A stretch of 64,000 nt of DNA from Flavobacteriales bacterium (GTDB taxonomy: Bacteria; Bacteroidota; Bacteroidia; Flavobacteriales_F; PHOS-HE28). Below, one piece after another: positions 56,422 to 64,000 of the stretch; position 1 is the first letter of the stretch, and every line of letters begins with the position of its first letter. The translations under genes were made by a program, and so were the position numbers. The notes under the pieces are model-generated. The model saw only the letters and a program-made list of their open reading frames with translations. It was not told where the DNA came from and did not search any database. The DNA lies in assembly GCA_046329105.1 (NCBI GenBank), contig JAXLVH010000001.1:513286-577285 (forward strand), written 5' to 3'.

Positions 56422-58794
56422 ATGTCAGTGAAGTCCCTCTTTGCCCTACTTGGATCCGGTGTGGCCATCGCTGGGATCTGTCAGGACTCGCCCCGTTACG
56501 GCCGCGACAAGTTCCGGCAGTTGGACCAGGAACTGCCCACACCCAACGAGCAGCGCACGGCCAGCGGCGCGCCCGGCCATGCGTACTGGCAGATGAAGGC
56601 CGACTACGACATCCATGTAGAGATCACCGAGCCGAAGGCAAGTGAGGGCGTGCTTCCGAAGTTGACCGGCCACGAGACCATTACGTACCACAATCAATCG
56701 CCGGACAAACTCTCCTACCTGTGGCTGCAACTGGATCAGAACATCTTCGAGCCCGGCAGCGACGCGAACCTCATCCGCACGGGCTCCATCGGCGACAGCG
56801 TGGGCCTGGCCCAGATGGAGAAGTGGGTGAAGCCGTTCGACGGCGGCTATAGGATCACTTCCGTGACGGATGCGGACGGGAAAAAACTCCCGTACACCAT
56901 CAACAAAACGATGATGCGCGTGGACCTGCCCAAGCCCCTCGCGCCCGGCGCCACCTTCAGCTTCAAGGTGAAGTGGTGGAACTGGATCAATGATCGTTCG
57001 AAGTGGGGCGGTCGCAGCGGCTACGAGTATTTTCCTGATGAGGACAACTACCTCTTCACCATAGCCCAGTTCTACCCGCGCATGGCCGCCTACATGGACC
57101 ATACCGGATGGCAGCACAAGCAGTTCCTGGGGCAGGGCGAGTTCACCCTTGATTTCGGCGACTACACGCTCAGCATCACCACACCCGGTGATCATATCGT
57201 GGCCGCCACCGGCGAATGGGCGAATGCATCAGCGGTGCTCACTCCCGTTCAGCAGAAGCGCCTGGCCCTGGCCCGTACCAGCGACGAACCGGTGATGATC
57301 GTAACGCCGGAGGAAGCATTGGACAACGAAAAGGAACGGAGCATCGGTACGAAGACCTGGGTGTTCAAGAGCAGGAACGTGCGCGACGTGGCCTTCGCCA
57401 GCAGCCGGAAGTTCATTTGGGATGCGATGAACCAACCGGTGGGGACGAACAACGTGCTCTGCATGAGCTATTACCCAAAGGAGGGAAACCCGCTCTGGGA
57501 ACGGTACAGCACCAAGGTGGTGGCGCACACGATCAGGACCTACAGCAAGTTCACGGCGGAGTACATCTACCCGGTGGCCATCAGCGTGCATACGGACCGC
57601 ATCGGCATGGAGTACCCCATGATCTGCTTCAACGGCGGGCGGCCCGAGAAGGACGGCACGTACAGCGAACGCACCAAGTACGGCATGATCGGTGTGATCA
57701 TCCACGAGGTGGGCCACAACTTCTTCCCCATGATCATCAACTCCGACGAGCGGCAGTGGACATGGATGGATGAGGGCCTCAACACCTTCGTCCAATACCT
57801 CACCGAGCAGGAGTGGGACAAGGACTACCCCAGCTGGCGTGGCAAGCCCCGCAACATCGTCGACTACATGAAAGGCGACCCCGATGCCGCACCGGACAAG
57901 GTGAAGGCCCGCATCGAGCCGATCATGACCAACAGCGAGAGCATCACCCAGTTCGGCAACAACGCGTACGGCAAGCCGGCCACGGCGTTGAACATCCTGC
58001 GCGAAACGGTGATGGGGCGTGAACTCTTCGACCACGCCTTCAAGACCTATTGCGACCGCTGGAAATTCAAGCACCCCACCCCGGCCGACTTCTTCCGCAC
58101 CATGGAAGATGCCAGCGCCGTGGACCTCGACTGGTTCTGGCGCGGCTGGTTCTACACCACCGATCATGTGGACATCGGCATCACCGGGGTCAAGTACAAG
58201 CGCATGGAACCGCGTGATCCCCTTGCCGCCGAGAAGATCAAGCGCGCGGACAAGGCCCTCGAAACACCGGACCTCAGCCGCCAGCGCAACATCGAAAGCG
58301 GCCTCACCTTCGTGGTGGACCGCGACACCGCTACCAAGGACTTCTACAACAGGTACGACCCGATCACCGCCACCGAACGCGATATGACCGCCTTTGAGAA
58401 GTGGAAAAAGGGCCTTGGCCCCGACGAGCTCGCCCTGCTCCAGACCGACCTCCACCTGTACGAAGTGGGCCTGAAGAACATCGGCGGCCTGGTGATGCCG
58501 GTGATCCTGGAATGGGAGTATGTAGATGGGACGAAAGAGGTGGAGCGTATCCCCGCCGAACTGTGGCGTACCAGCGACGAGGTGAGCAAGCTCTTCGTGA
58601 AGCGGAAGGAGGTGAAGGCCCTCACGCTCGACCCCTTCCTCGAGACCGCCGACTGCGACCTCAATAACAACAGCTGGCCCCAGCGCATGGCGCCTACACG
58701 CTTCGATGTGTTCAAGGAGAACCGGTGGAGCGAACCCAATCCCATGCAGATGGAGCGGAACAGGCAGGTCGGTGGGGAGATGAAGGGGCACTGA
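56422..58794 (+). CDS. secreted M1-like (gluzincin) zinc metallopeptidase
   Basis: MSVKSLFALLGSGVAIAGICQ is a signal. GVIIHEVGHNFFPM...WTWMDEGLNTF is HExxH plus a downstream Glu, M1-like. ~790 aa. The track ORF starts at 55981 inside the repeat array. Confidence 0.7.
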   Translation: MSVKSLFALLGSGVAIAGICQDSPRYGRDKFRQLDQELPTPNEQRTASGAPGHAYWQMKADYDIHVEITEPKASEGVLPKLTGHETITYHNQSPDKLSYLWLQLDQNIFEPGSDANLIRTGSIGDSVGLAQMEKWVKPFDGGYRITSVTDADGKKLPYTINKTMMRVDLPKPLAPGATFSFKVKWWNWINDRSKWGGRSGYEYFPDEDNYLFTIAQFYPRMAAYMDHTGWQHKQFLGQGEFTLDFGDYTLSITTPGDHIVAATGEWANASAVLTPVQQKRLALARTSDEPVMIVTPEEALDNEKERSIGTKTWVFKSRNVRDVAFASSRKFIWDAMNQPVGTNNVLCMSYYPKEGNPLWERYSTKVVAHTIRTYSKFTAEYIYPVAISVHTDRIGMEYPMICFNGGRPEKDGTYSERTKYGMIGVIIHEVGHNFFPMIINSDERQWTWMDEGLNTFVQYLTEQEWDKDYPSWRGKPRNIVDYMKGDPDAAPDKVKARIEPIMTNSESITQFGNNAYGKPATALNILRETVMGRELFDHAFKTYCDRWKFKHPTPADFFRTMEDASAVDLDWFWRGWFYTTDHVDIGITGVKYKRMEPRDPLAAEKIKRADKALETPDLSRQRNIESGLTFVVDRDTATKDFYNRYDPITATERDMTAFEKWKKGLGPDELALLQTDLHLYEVGLKNIGGLVMPVILEWEYVDGTKEVERIPAELWRTSDEVSKLFVKRKEVKALTLDPFLETADCDLNNNSWPQRMAPTRFDVFKENRWSEPNPMQMERNRQVGGEMKGH

Positions 58795-58971
58795 CGCCTC
58801 CATGCCGCGACCATTTCCCGCCCTTTGGATGTGATCCACGCGCGCGGATACGCCCAACACCCTGGATCACAAGGGCTCAACTTCACATGGACAATTCCGC
58901 TTGGAGGTGATCCGGGAGTTCCTACTTTCGCGCCCTCAAAATCGCCCAGGGTTCTCCCGAAGCGATGGGAG

Positions 58972-59044
58972 GACTCGGTAGCTCAGTTGGTAGAGCACAA
59001 CACTTTTAATGTTGGGGTCCTGGGTTCGAGCCCCAGCCGAGTCA
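58972..59044 (+). tRNA. tRNA-Lys (anticodon TTT)
   Basis: gactcgg-ta-gctcagttggtagagc-a-caaca-cttttaa-tgttg-gggtc-ctggg-ttcgagc-cccag-ccgagtc-a is a cloverleaf with a 7-bp acceptor stem and T-loop GGTTCGAGC. No encoded CCA. Confidence 0.9.
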
Positions 59045-59045
59045 C

Positions 59046-59082
59046 AAAGAAGCCTTCGCGTTAGCGGGGGCTTCTTCCTTTT
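59046..59082 (+). terminator. candidate rho-independent terminator after tRNA-Lys
   Basis: aagaagcc...ggcttctt stem followed by ccttttc. Confidence 0.4.
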
Positions 59083-59156
59083 CACCCCGTTCGCCCAGCC
59101 GAATTTGATGCGAGTCCACCGGAACGGGCGACCGGGCGCAATGGACTTTAACGGGA

Positions 59157-59711
59157 TCACCGAAGGACGCGCGAAGCACCGGATCCTTCGGCATCTTCCA
59201 GTCCGATGAGGCGCAGGTGGTAGATCACCGTGCTGCGCATGGGGATCTTCGACCGGTCGCCTGCCAGCCCGTACGCACGATGGCTGGGGATCACAACGAT
59301 CGCGCTGTCGCCCGGGCTCAGGTATTGGATGGCCTCGTGCAGGCCGCTCTCCACGTTGTCCTGCTCGATCAGGAAGTCCTCCCCCGCGCCCGGTGCGCTG
59401 GCGTAGCATTCCGTGCCATCGATCAGTGAGACGCGGAACCGGATGTGAGCCGTTTGGAGCGGCTTGGCGTTCACACCCGCACTGTCCTCGATCAGTTGGA
59501 TACGCACGCCGGTGCCCGTTCGCTCCATGTGCAGACCCTGCCGCGCGATCCATCCATCGATGTCCAACGCCTCATGTTGCGCGATCCGTTTGTTCTCGTC
59601 CAACAGTTGCTCGTCGTGCCCGACCTGCCCACGACCCACACGGGCAGGTGGGACCTCGCCACCACCACATGCGCAGAGGAGGACCGGAAGCAGGATCGAC
59701 CACGCCTTCAT
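59157..59711 (-). CDS. FKBP-type peptidyl-prolyl cis-trans isomerase lipoprotein
   Basis: MKAWSILLPVLLCACGG is a lipobox. The FKBP domain is TGTGVRIQLIEDSAG...IRFRVSLIDGTECYAS... Confidence 0.8.
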   Translation of the reverse strand: MKAWSILLPVLLCACGGGEVPPARVGRGQVGHDEQLLDENKRIAQHEALDIDGWIARQGLHMERTGTGVRIQLIEDSAGVNAKPLQTAHIRFRVSLIDGTECYASAPGAGEDFLIEQDNVESGLHEAIQYLSPGDSAIVVIPSHRAYGLAGDRSKIPMRSTVIYHLRLIGLEDAEGSGASRVLR

Positions 59712-60748
59712 GCCGGATGCATGGCCAGGAAAGCAGGCAGTTCGCGCATGAACTTTTCCACCACGGCGGGCAACGGCTCCTTGCTCTGTCCGCCGGCCGC
59801 GTTCGCGTGCCCGCCACCGCTGAAATGCCGCATCAGGAATTCGTTCACTGGCAGGGTGCCCTTGGAACGCAGGCTCAACTTCACCACATCCGGTCGTTCG
59901 GCGATGAACGCGGCCAAGCGCACTCCTCGTATGCTCAGGCCGTAGTTGACCAGTCCTTCCGTGTCGCCCGGTTGGTATTGGTACCGGTCCAAGTCGGCCT
60001 TGCTCAGAATGATGACCGCCGTGCCCAGATCCTGGTGTACCATGAGCCGTTCACTCAGTGCGAAACCGAGCAGCTTCAATCGCGATGGGCTGTTATCGTC
60101 CATCACCGCCTCGTGCACACGCTCGGGCACGGCCCCACAGCGCAGCATTTCGGCAGCGATCTCCAAGGTGCGCGGGGTTGTGCTGGGGAAGCGGAACGAG
60201 CCGGTGTCCGTCATCAATCCGGTGAACAGGCAGGTCGCTGCGTCCTGATCGATCCGGTCGGTGTACCCGAGCGCGTCGAGCACCTCGTACACGATCTGGG
60301 CGGTGGAACTCGCACCGATGTCGCTGAACGCGATATCCGGGAAGGGATCGGGATCGCGATGATGATCGAGCAGGACCTTGATCCGGGCCTCACGCAGCGC
60401 GGGCTCCAGCCCACCCACGCGATCGGGCCGGTTGAAGTCCAGACAGAAAAGGATATCGCTGTTCCGGATCGTGCGCTCACTGGCCTCCCGCTCCCGATCG
60501 AACGCGATCGCCCCAGCATAACCCGGCATCCAGTGCAGATTGCGCGGGGGTGTGTTGGGCAGGACCACGCGGGCCTGATGGCCCAGTTTGTTCAACACCG
60601 CACATAGCCCGAGGCTGCTCCCCATGGCATCACCGTCCGGATTGAAATGTGTGACGATGGCGATGGTGCGCGGTGCGGACAGGATCTCGCGCAGCGCGGC
60701 GAGGCCCGCTTTCCATGGAGCCGGGGCGCTCCGGTCTTCAACGTACAT
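59708..60748 (-). CDS. nrnA: DHH/DHHA1 phosphoesterase (NrnA-like bifunctional oligoribonuclease / pAp phosphatase)
   Basis: IAIVTHFNPDGDAMGSSLGL and LLDHHRD are DHH motifs. FSGGGHANAAGG is the DHHA1 GGGH motif. Confidence 0.85.
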   Translation of the reverse strand: MYVEDRSAPAPWKAGLAALREILSAPRTIAIVTHFNPDGDAMGSSLGLCAVLNKLGHQARVVLPNTPPRNLHWMPGYAGAIAFDREREASERTIRNSDILFCLDFNRPDRVGGLEPALREARIKVLLDHHRDPDPFPDIAFSDIGASSTAQIVYEVLDALGYTDRIDQDAATCLFTGLMTDTGSFRFPSTTPRTLEIAAEMLRCGAVPERVHEAVMDDNSPSRLKLLGFALSERLMVHQDLGTAVIILSKADLDRYQYQPGDTEGLVNYGLSIRGVRLAAFIAERPDVVKLSLRSKGTLPVNEFLMRHFSGGGHANAAGGQSKEPLPAVVEKFMRELPAFLAMHPA

Positions 60749-60838
60749 GGGGGCAAGGTAGACCGCTTATGCCCAACGGGGTCGAGCGCTCGTTCCCGCA
60801 CGCCGGATCACCTGCCGAACACTTGCGCCGCACGTGTA

Positions 60839-61486
60839 CTACTTGGCCTGCTCGTCGAGCTTGGTCCGCTTCACCTGGTCCTCGAAACCCAGGTTCGGTG
60901 TGGGCATGTGCTCGATCAGGATGCCTACGCAACCGATGTCCAACGGATCCTTGCTGGAACGTTTGGGCTTGGCCTCGGTGGAGCCCGGTGCGATCACTTC
61001 CACCACGATCCGCTTGGTGGCCGTTGCCGTGAACTCCACCTCATCCGTCATTTCATGGTCCTCGTTGTTCCAAAGCACCTTCCGAACATCCTCGAACACC
61101 CGTTTGACCTCGGTACCCACCACATCCTTGAATTGGCCCGTGGGGTTGCCGTCCTTGTCCACGATCTCCTCCTTCCGGGTCACTTGCTCGGTCACTTCTT
61201 TCGGCACGCGTGTCTTCTCCACCAAACGGGCGGAGACGTGGTCCCCGATGACCTTGGTGTCGTAACAGAAGGAAATGCGGTAATCCTGTCCCTTGTACAC
61301 GATGATGTTCAGTTCGGTGGGCACACCGATCTGCACGCTGGCGCTCTTGCTCTGCCCGTTGATCTTGAACCGGACGTCAGTAGCGCGGGCACAGTTGAAC
61401 TGGTGATAGCCTGCGCACCCGTCCTGCGCTGCACTGCGCAACGCGAGAAGGGCGGAAATGGCGGCGATGATGACGTGACTTCTCAT
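60839..61486 (-). CDS. hypothetical secreted protein
   Basis: MRSHVIIAAISALLALRSAAQ is a signal. No recognised domain. Confidence 0.4.
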   Translation of the reverse strand: MRSHVIIAAISALLALRSAAQDGCAGYHQFNCARATDVRFKINGQSKSASVQIGVPTELNIIVYKGQDYRISFCYDTKVIGDHVSARLVEKTRVPKEVTEQVTRKEEIVDKDGNPTGQFKDVVGTEVKRVFEDVRKVLWNNEDHEMTDEVEFTATATKRIVVEVIAPGSTEAKPKRSSKDPLDIGCVGILIEHMPTPNLGFEDQVKRTKLDEQAK

Positions 61487-61511
61487 GAATGGGGGCTTCT
61501 TCGCTGAATCC

Positions 61512-62417
61512 TCAAACTTTGGCGGAAGCATCCTCCGCTTTCGTGATCGTGTCCCGGAGAGCGGCCACGGCGTTCTTCAATTCCTGGTATTTTTCAGCAC
61601 TGATCGTGATCTGTTCCGCATCGCCCAAGGTCATACGGCCGCTGGGCGAGGTGGCAGGACTGCTGGTGCGGGTGATGGCAAGTTGATCGTACACATCGCG
61701 TATGGCCTCCAGGCGCGTGAGCACCGGGGCTGTTACGGGATCGGCCTGCACGGTGTTCATCATATCGATGAGTTGCTCCAGGCTCGCTTTCTGTTCGGCG
61801 ATCCGTGCGACCAATGGGCTTGCGGCATCGAACGCGTCCACGTGTGCCATGACCAGGTGAACGCTCTCCACCCAGCCACCCGCGAGGACCAGCGCCAACG
61901 TCGTGCCCATCTGCTCGGTCTGCAGCTTCTGATAGGCGTTGTAGTACGCGTCGTTGGCCAGCACGTCCAGCGAATCGCCATGGGTCAGGTTCTTCTCCAA
62001 CCGCTGAAGAATGCCCGCATCGAAGGTGGAGGAAAGACCCAATTTGTCCCCCAGATCCCGGCAGGTGAGGTAGTACCGCACCACCTCGCTCGTGAGCCTG
62101 AAATTGCTGGCGTACACCATGTCCGTGGCGTACACGCCGAAATTGAGCGCGCGACCCGGCAAGGTGGCGAACCGGTCGGCCTTCTGCACCGGGCTCAGCG
62201 CATTCTTGTGACCGCCACCACCCAATTCCCGCACGATGCTGAAGAGTTCATTGGGCGTGGGCATCTGATAGAGCTGCTGGGCGCTCACGGCCGTATCCTC
62301 GCCACCGATCAACAACGCTGGTGGCTCGTCCTTGGTCGCCCGCTCCGCGTCGTTGCCGCCACAGGACACGAGAAATAGCGCGGATGCGCAGAGTATGGCA
62401 CTGGCTCGGTAACACAT
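61512..62417 (-). CDS. hypothetical lipoprotein
   Basis: Minus-strand ATG at 62417 gives [21 protein letters not shown], a lipobox. The upstream part of track ORF 61512..62948 overlaps ndk on the other strand, so I reject it. Confidence 0.5.
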   Translation of the reverse strand: MCYRASAILCASALFLVSCGGNDAERATKDEPPALLIGGEDTAVSAQQLYQMPTPNELFSIVRELGGGGHKNALSPVQKADRFATLPGRALNFGVYATDMVYASNFRLTSEVVRYYLTCRDLGDKLGLSSTFDAGILQRLEKNLTHGDSLDVLANDAYYNAYQKLQTEQMGTTLALVLAGGWVESVHLVMAHVDAFDAASPLVARIAEQKASLEQLIDMMNTVQADPVTAPVLTRLEAIRDVYDQLAITRTSSPATSPSGRMTLGDAEQITISAEKYQELKNAVAALRDTITKAEDASAKV

Positions 62418-62531
62418 GGGGCAGCGTGGCTTGTGCCCTCTGGGGTAGGGCGGTGCGAAGGAAATGGGCCACCCCTCCCCCCACCTTTCCGCCCCCCGTC
62501 TATTTTTGCGCCTCTTTTTCAACAACACAAC

Positions 62532-62951
62532 ATGGCCGGTAACAGGACATTCACCATGATCAAACCAGAGGCGGTGGCCGCGGGCCATGCCGGGAAGATC
62601 CTGGATATGATCATGGCGAACGGATTCCGCGTGATCTCCTTGAAATACACACGCCTCTCCCCGCAGGAAGCCGGGGCGTTCTATGCGGTACACAAGGAGC
62701 GCCCGTTCTATGGCGAGCTGGTGGACTACATGGCCTCTGGCCCCATCTACGCGGCGATCCTTGAGAAGGCCAATGCGGTGGAGGATTTCCGCAAGCTGAT
62801 CGGGGCCACCGATCCAGCCAATGCCGAGGACGGCACCATCCGTAAGCGCTTCGCCGAGAGCAAAGCGAAGAATGCGGTGCATGGCAGCGACAGTGATGAG
62901 AATGCCGCCATCGAGGGCGCGTACTTCTTCACTGGCCGCGAACAACACTGA
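62532..62951 (+). CDS. ndk: nucleoside diphosphate kinase
   Basis: [67 protein letters not shown]... with NAVHGSDS around the catalytic His. Confidence 0.9.
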   Translation: MAGNRTFTMIKPEAVAAGHAGKILDMIMANGFRVISLKYTRLSPQEAGAFYAVHKERPFYGELVDYMASGPIYAAILEKANAVEDFRKLIGATDPANAEDGTIRKRFAESKAKNAVHGSDSDENAAIEGAYFFTGREQH

Positions 62952-62990
62952 TCCGCAAGATCAGAGCGGCGTGCATGTGGTGGTGTTGGG

Positions 62991-63287
62991 TCAGGCGATC
63001 CGGATCTCCACCACGACCTGCCGTTCCAACTTCCGGTTGAGCAGTTCGGTTATCGCCGAGCGCATGTAGTGGAGTTCCTCGCGCAGCGGGGCGCTGTCCA
63101 CTTTCACCGTGAGCTTGCCGTTACGCAGGTCCAGCTTCAGGGTATGCCTGGCGATCATGGCACCGGCCACCTCGGGCCAGACCGCACGCACGGCCTGCTC
63201 ATCCAACCTGCCGCGCAGGCCGAAGTCATGGATGAGGCCCTCAAGTGCCTCCTTCAACGACAACTCGTTGCTCTTGCGTACCGGCAT
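62991..63287 (-). CDS. DUF721 domain protein (recF-associated)
   Basis: MPVRKSNELSLKEALEGLIHDFGLRGRLDEQAVRAVWPEV... has the typical DUF721 N-terminus and lies downstream of recF. As drawn it overlaps the recF 3' end by ~47 nt, so the start is uncertain. Confidence 0.6.
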   Translation of the reverse strand: MPVRKSNELSLKEALEGLIHDFGLRGRLDEQAVRAVWPEVAGAMIARHTLKLDLRNGKLTVKVDSAPLREELHYMRSAITELLNRKLERQVVVEIRIA

Positions 63288-64000
63288 GGTCGAGTTCAAA
63301 GAAACGGGTGTCCAGTGGCAGGCCCTCCAGCGCTGTGCGCAGGCGTGCCGCATCGGTATCGGTGATGATCGTCTGCCCGAAGCGACCGCCGCCGAGGAGC
63401 CTGAGCAGATGTCGCATGCGTTGCGGATCGATCTTGTCGAAGATGTCGTCCAGAAGGAGGATGGGCCGCAGTCCGCTGCGCTGCGCCGTCAGGTCGAACT
63501 GGGCGAGCTTCAGGGCGATCAGGTATGTTTTCTGCTGGCCCTGGCTGCCGTACCGCTTCAGGGGGCGCCCTCCGATCGTGAAGTGCAGGTCGTCCTTGTG
63601 GATCCCGCCCGTGGTGTGCCCGGCTTCCAGGTCGCGCGGCCAGCGCTCATCGAGGATCGCCCGCATGGGGCGCTCCCCCAGTTCGCTGTGGTAGGAAAGT
63701 TCCACCCGCTCGGGTCCGCTGGTGATGCCCGCGTAGTGGTCCGCCAACATCGGGACCAGTTCGTCCGTGAAGGTCCGGCGCACGGCATGCACCGCCTCGC
63801 CATGCGTGACGAGCTGCTCCTCCCACGGCGTGGTGGTGTCCCGATCACCACGGCCATCCATGGCCATCCGCTTCAACAGCGTGTTGCGTTGGGCCAGTGC
63901 GCGGTTGTACCGCACCAATGAATCGAGGTAGGCACGGTCGAACTGTGCGATGAGGCCATCGAGAAAGCGCCGCCGAACCTCACTGCCATCCAGTACCAAG
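63241..64000 (-). CDS. recF: DNA replication and repair protein RecF. It is partial: the N-terminus lies beyond the window end.
   Basis: ...LHFTIGGRPLKRYGSQGQQKTYLIALKLAQFDL...RPILLLDDIFDKIDPQRMRHLLRLL... is the RecF signature plus Walker B. The reading frame runs to position 64000. Confidence 0.85.
   Translation of the reverse strand, partial: LVLDGSEVRRRFLDGLIAQFDRAYLDSLVRYNRALAQRNTLLKRMAMDGRGDRDTTTPWEEQLVTHGEAVHAVRRTFTDELVPMLADHYAGITSGPERVELSYHSELGERPMRAILDERWPRDLEAGHTTGGIHKDDLHFTIGGRPLKRYGSQGQQKTYLIALKLAQFDLTAQRSGLRPILLLDDIFDKIDPQRMRHLLRLLGGGRFGQTIITDTDAARLRTALEGLPLDTRFFELDHAGTQEQRVVVEGGT

Noticed and set aside
55515-56431. ORFs translating the 15-mer arrays (e.g. 55552..55950 +, 56171..56431 +, and the first 147 aa of 55981..58794)
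   Set aside because: The peptides are pure repeat read-through (QAAGFRPQASGRRLQAAG...). The real peptidase begins at the signal-peptide ATG at 56422.
55592-58794. A diversity-generating retroelement around the Avd-like four-helix-bundle gene
   Set aside because: No reverse transcriptase ORF and no TR/VR pair is present. The adjacent large gene is an M1-like peptidase without a C-type-lectin variable region.
59161-59192. Hairpin ccgaaggacgcgcgaagcaccggatccttcgg as a terminator for the FKBP gene
   Set aside because: It lies inside the FKBP coding sequence (59157..59711) and is not followed by a T-tract on either strand.

Overview
This is a high-GC (roughly 60-65%) chromosomal segment with a Bacteroidota-type gene content: gldF-gldG-DUF4340, six predicted T9SS cargo proteins with type A or type B C-terminal sorting domains, thrS-infC-rpmI-rplT, dnaN, recF-DUF721, purC-phoH, kup, ndk and one tRNA-Lys(TTT). 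Most large ORFs in the supplied track are antisense high-GC artefacts. The track also treats GTG/TTG as Met, so I re-picked starts by hand. Core housekeeping genes alternate with secreted and surface proteins: a GH18 chitinase, SBBP/PKD giant proteins, a tail-fibre-like protein with a Peptidase_S74 chaperone domain, and zinc metalloproteases. Three small accessory, repeat-rich islands stand out. The first is a cluster of ~150-bp MITE-like elements with 28-bp terminal inverted repeats, plus a second interspersed repeat family, bracketing one T9SS cargo gene (2.3-5.1 kb). The second is a tandem pair of T9SS type-B paralogues whose last ~960 bp are ~99% identical, with a sharp identity boundary at the stop codon. 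The third is a low-GC four-helix-bundle (Avd/IVS-like) gene flanked on both sides by arrays of a 15-bp direct repeat (55.6-56.35 kb). I see no transposase, integrase, CRISPR array, or recognisable defence or toxin-antitoxin operon. Coordinates follow the ORF track frames. My manual base counts disagreed with the track by 1 nt in a few places, so start codons may be off by 1-3 nt.
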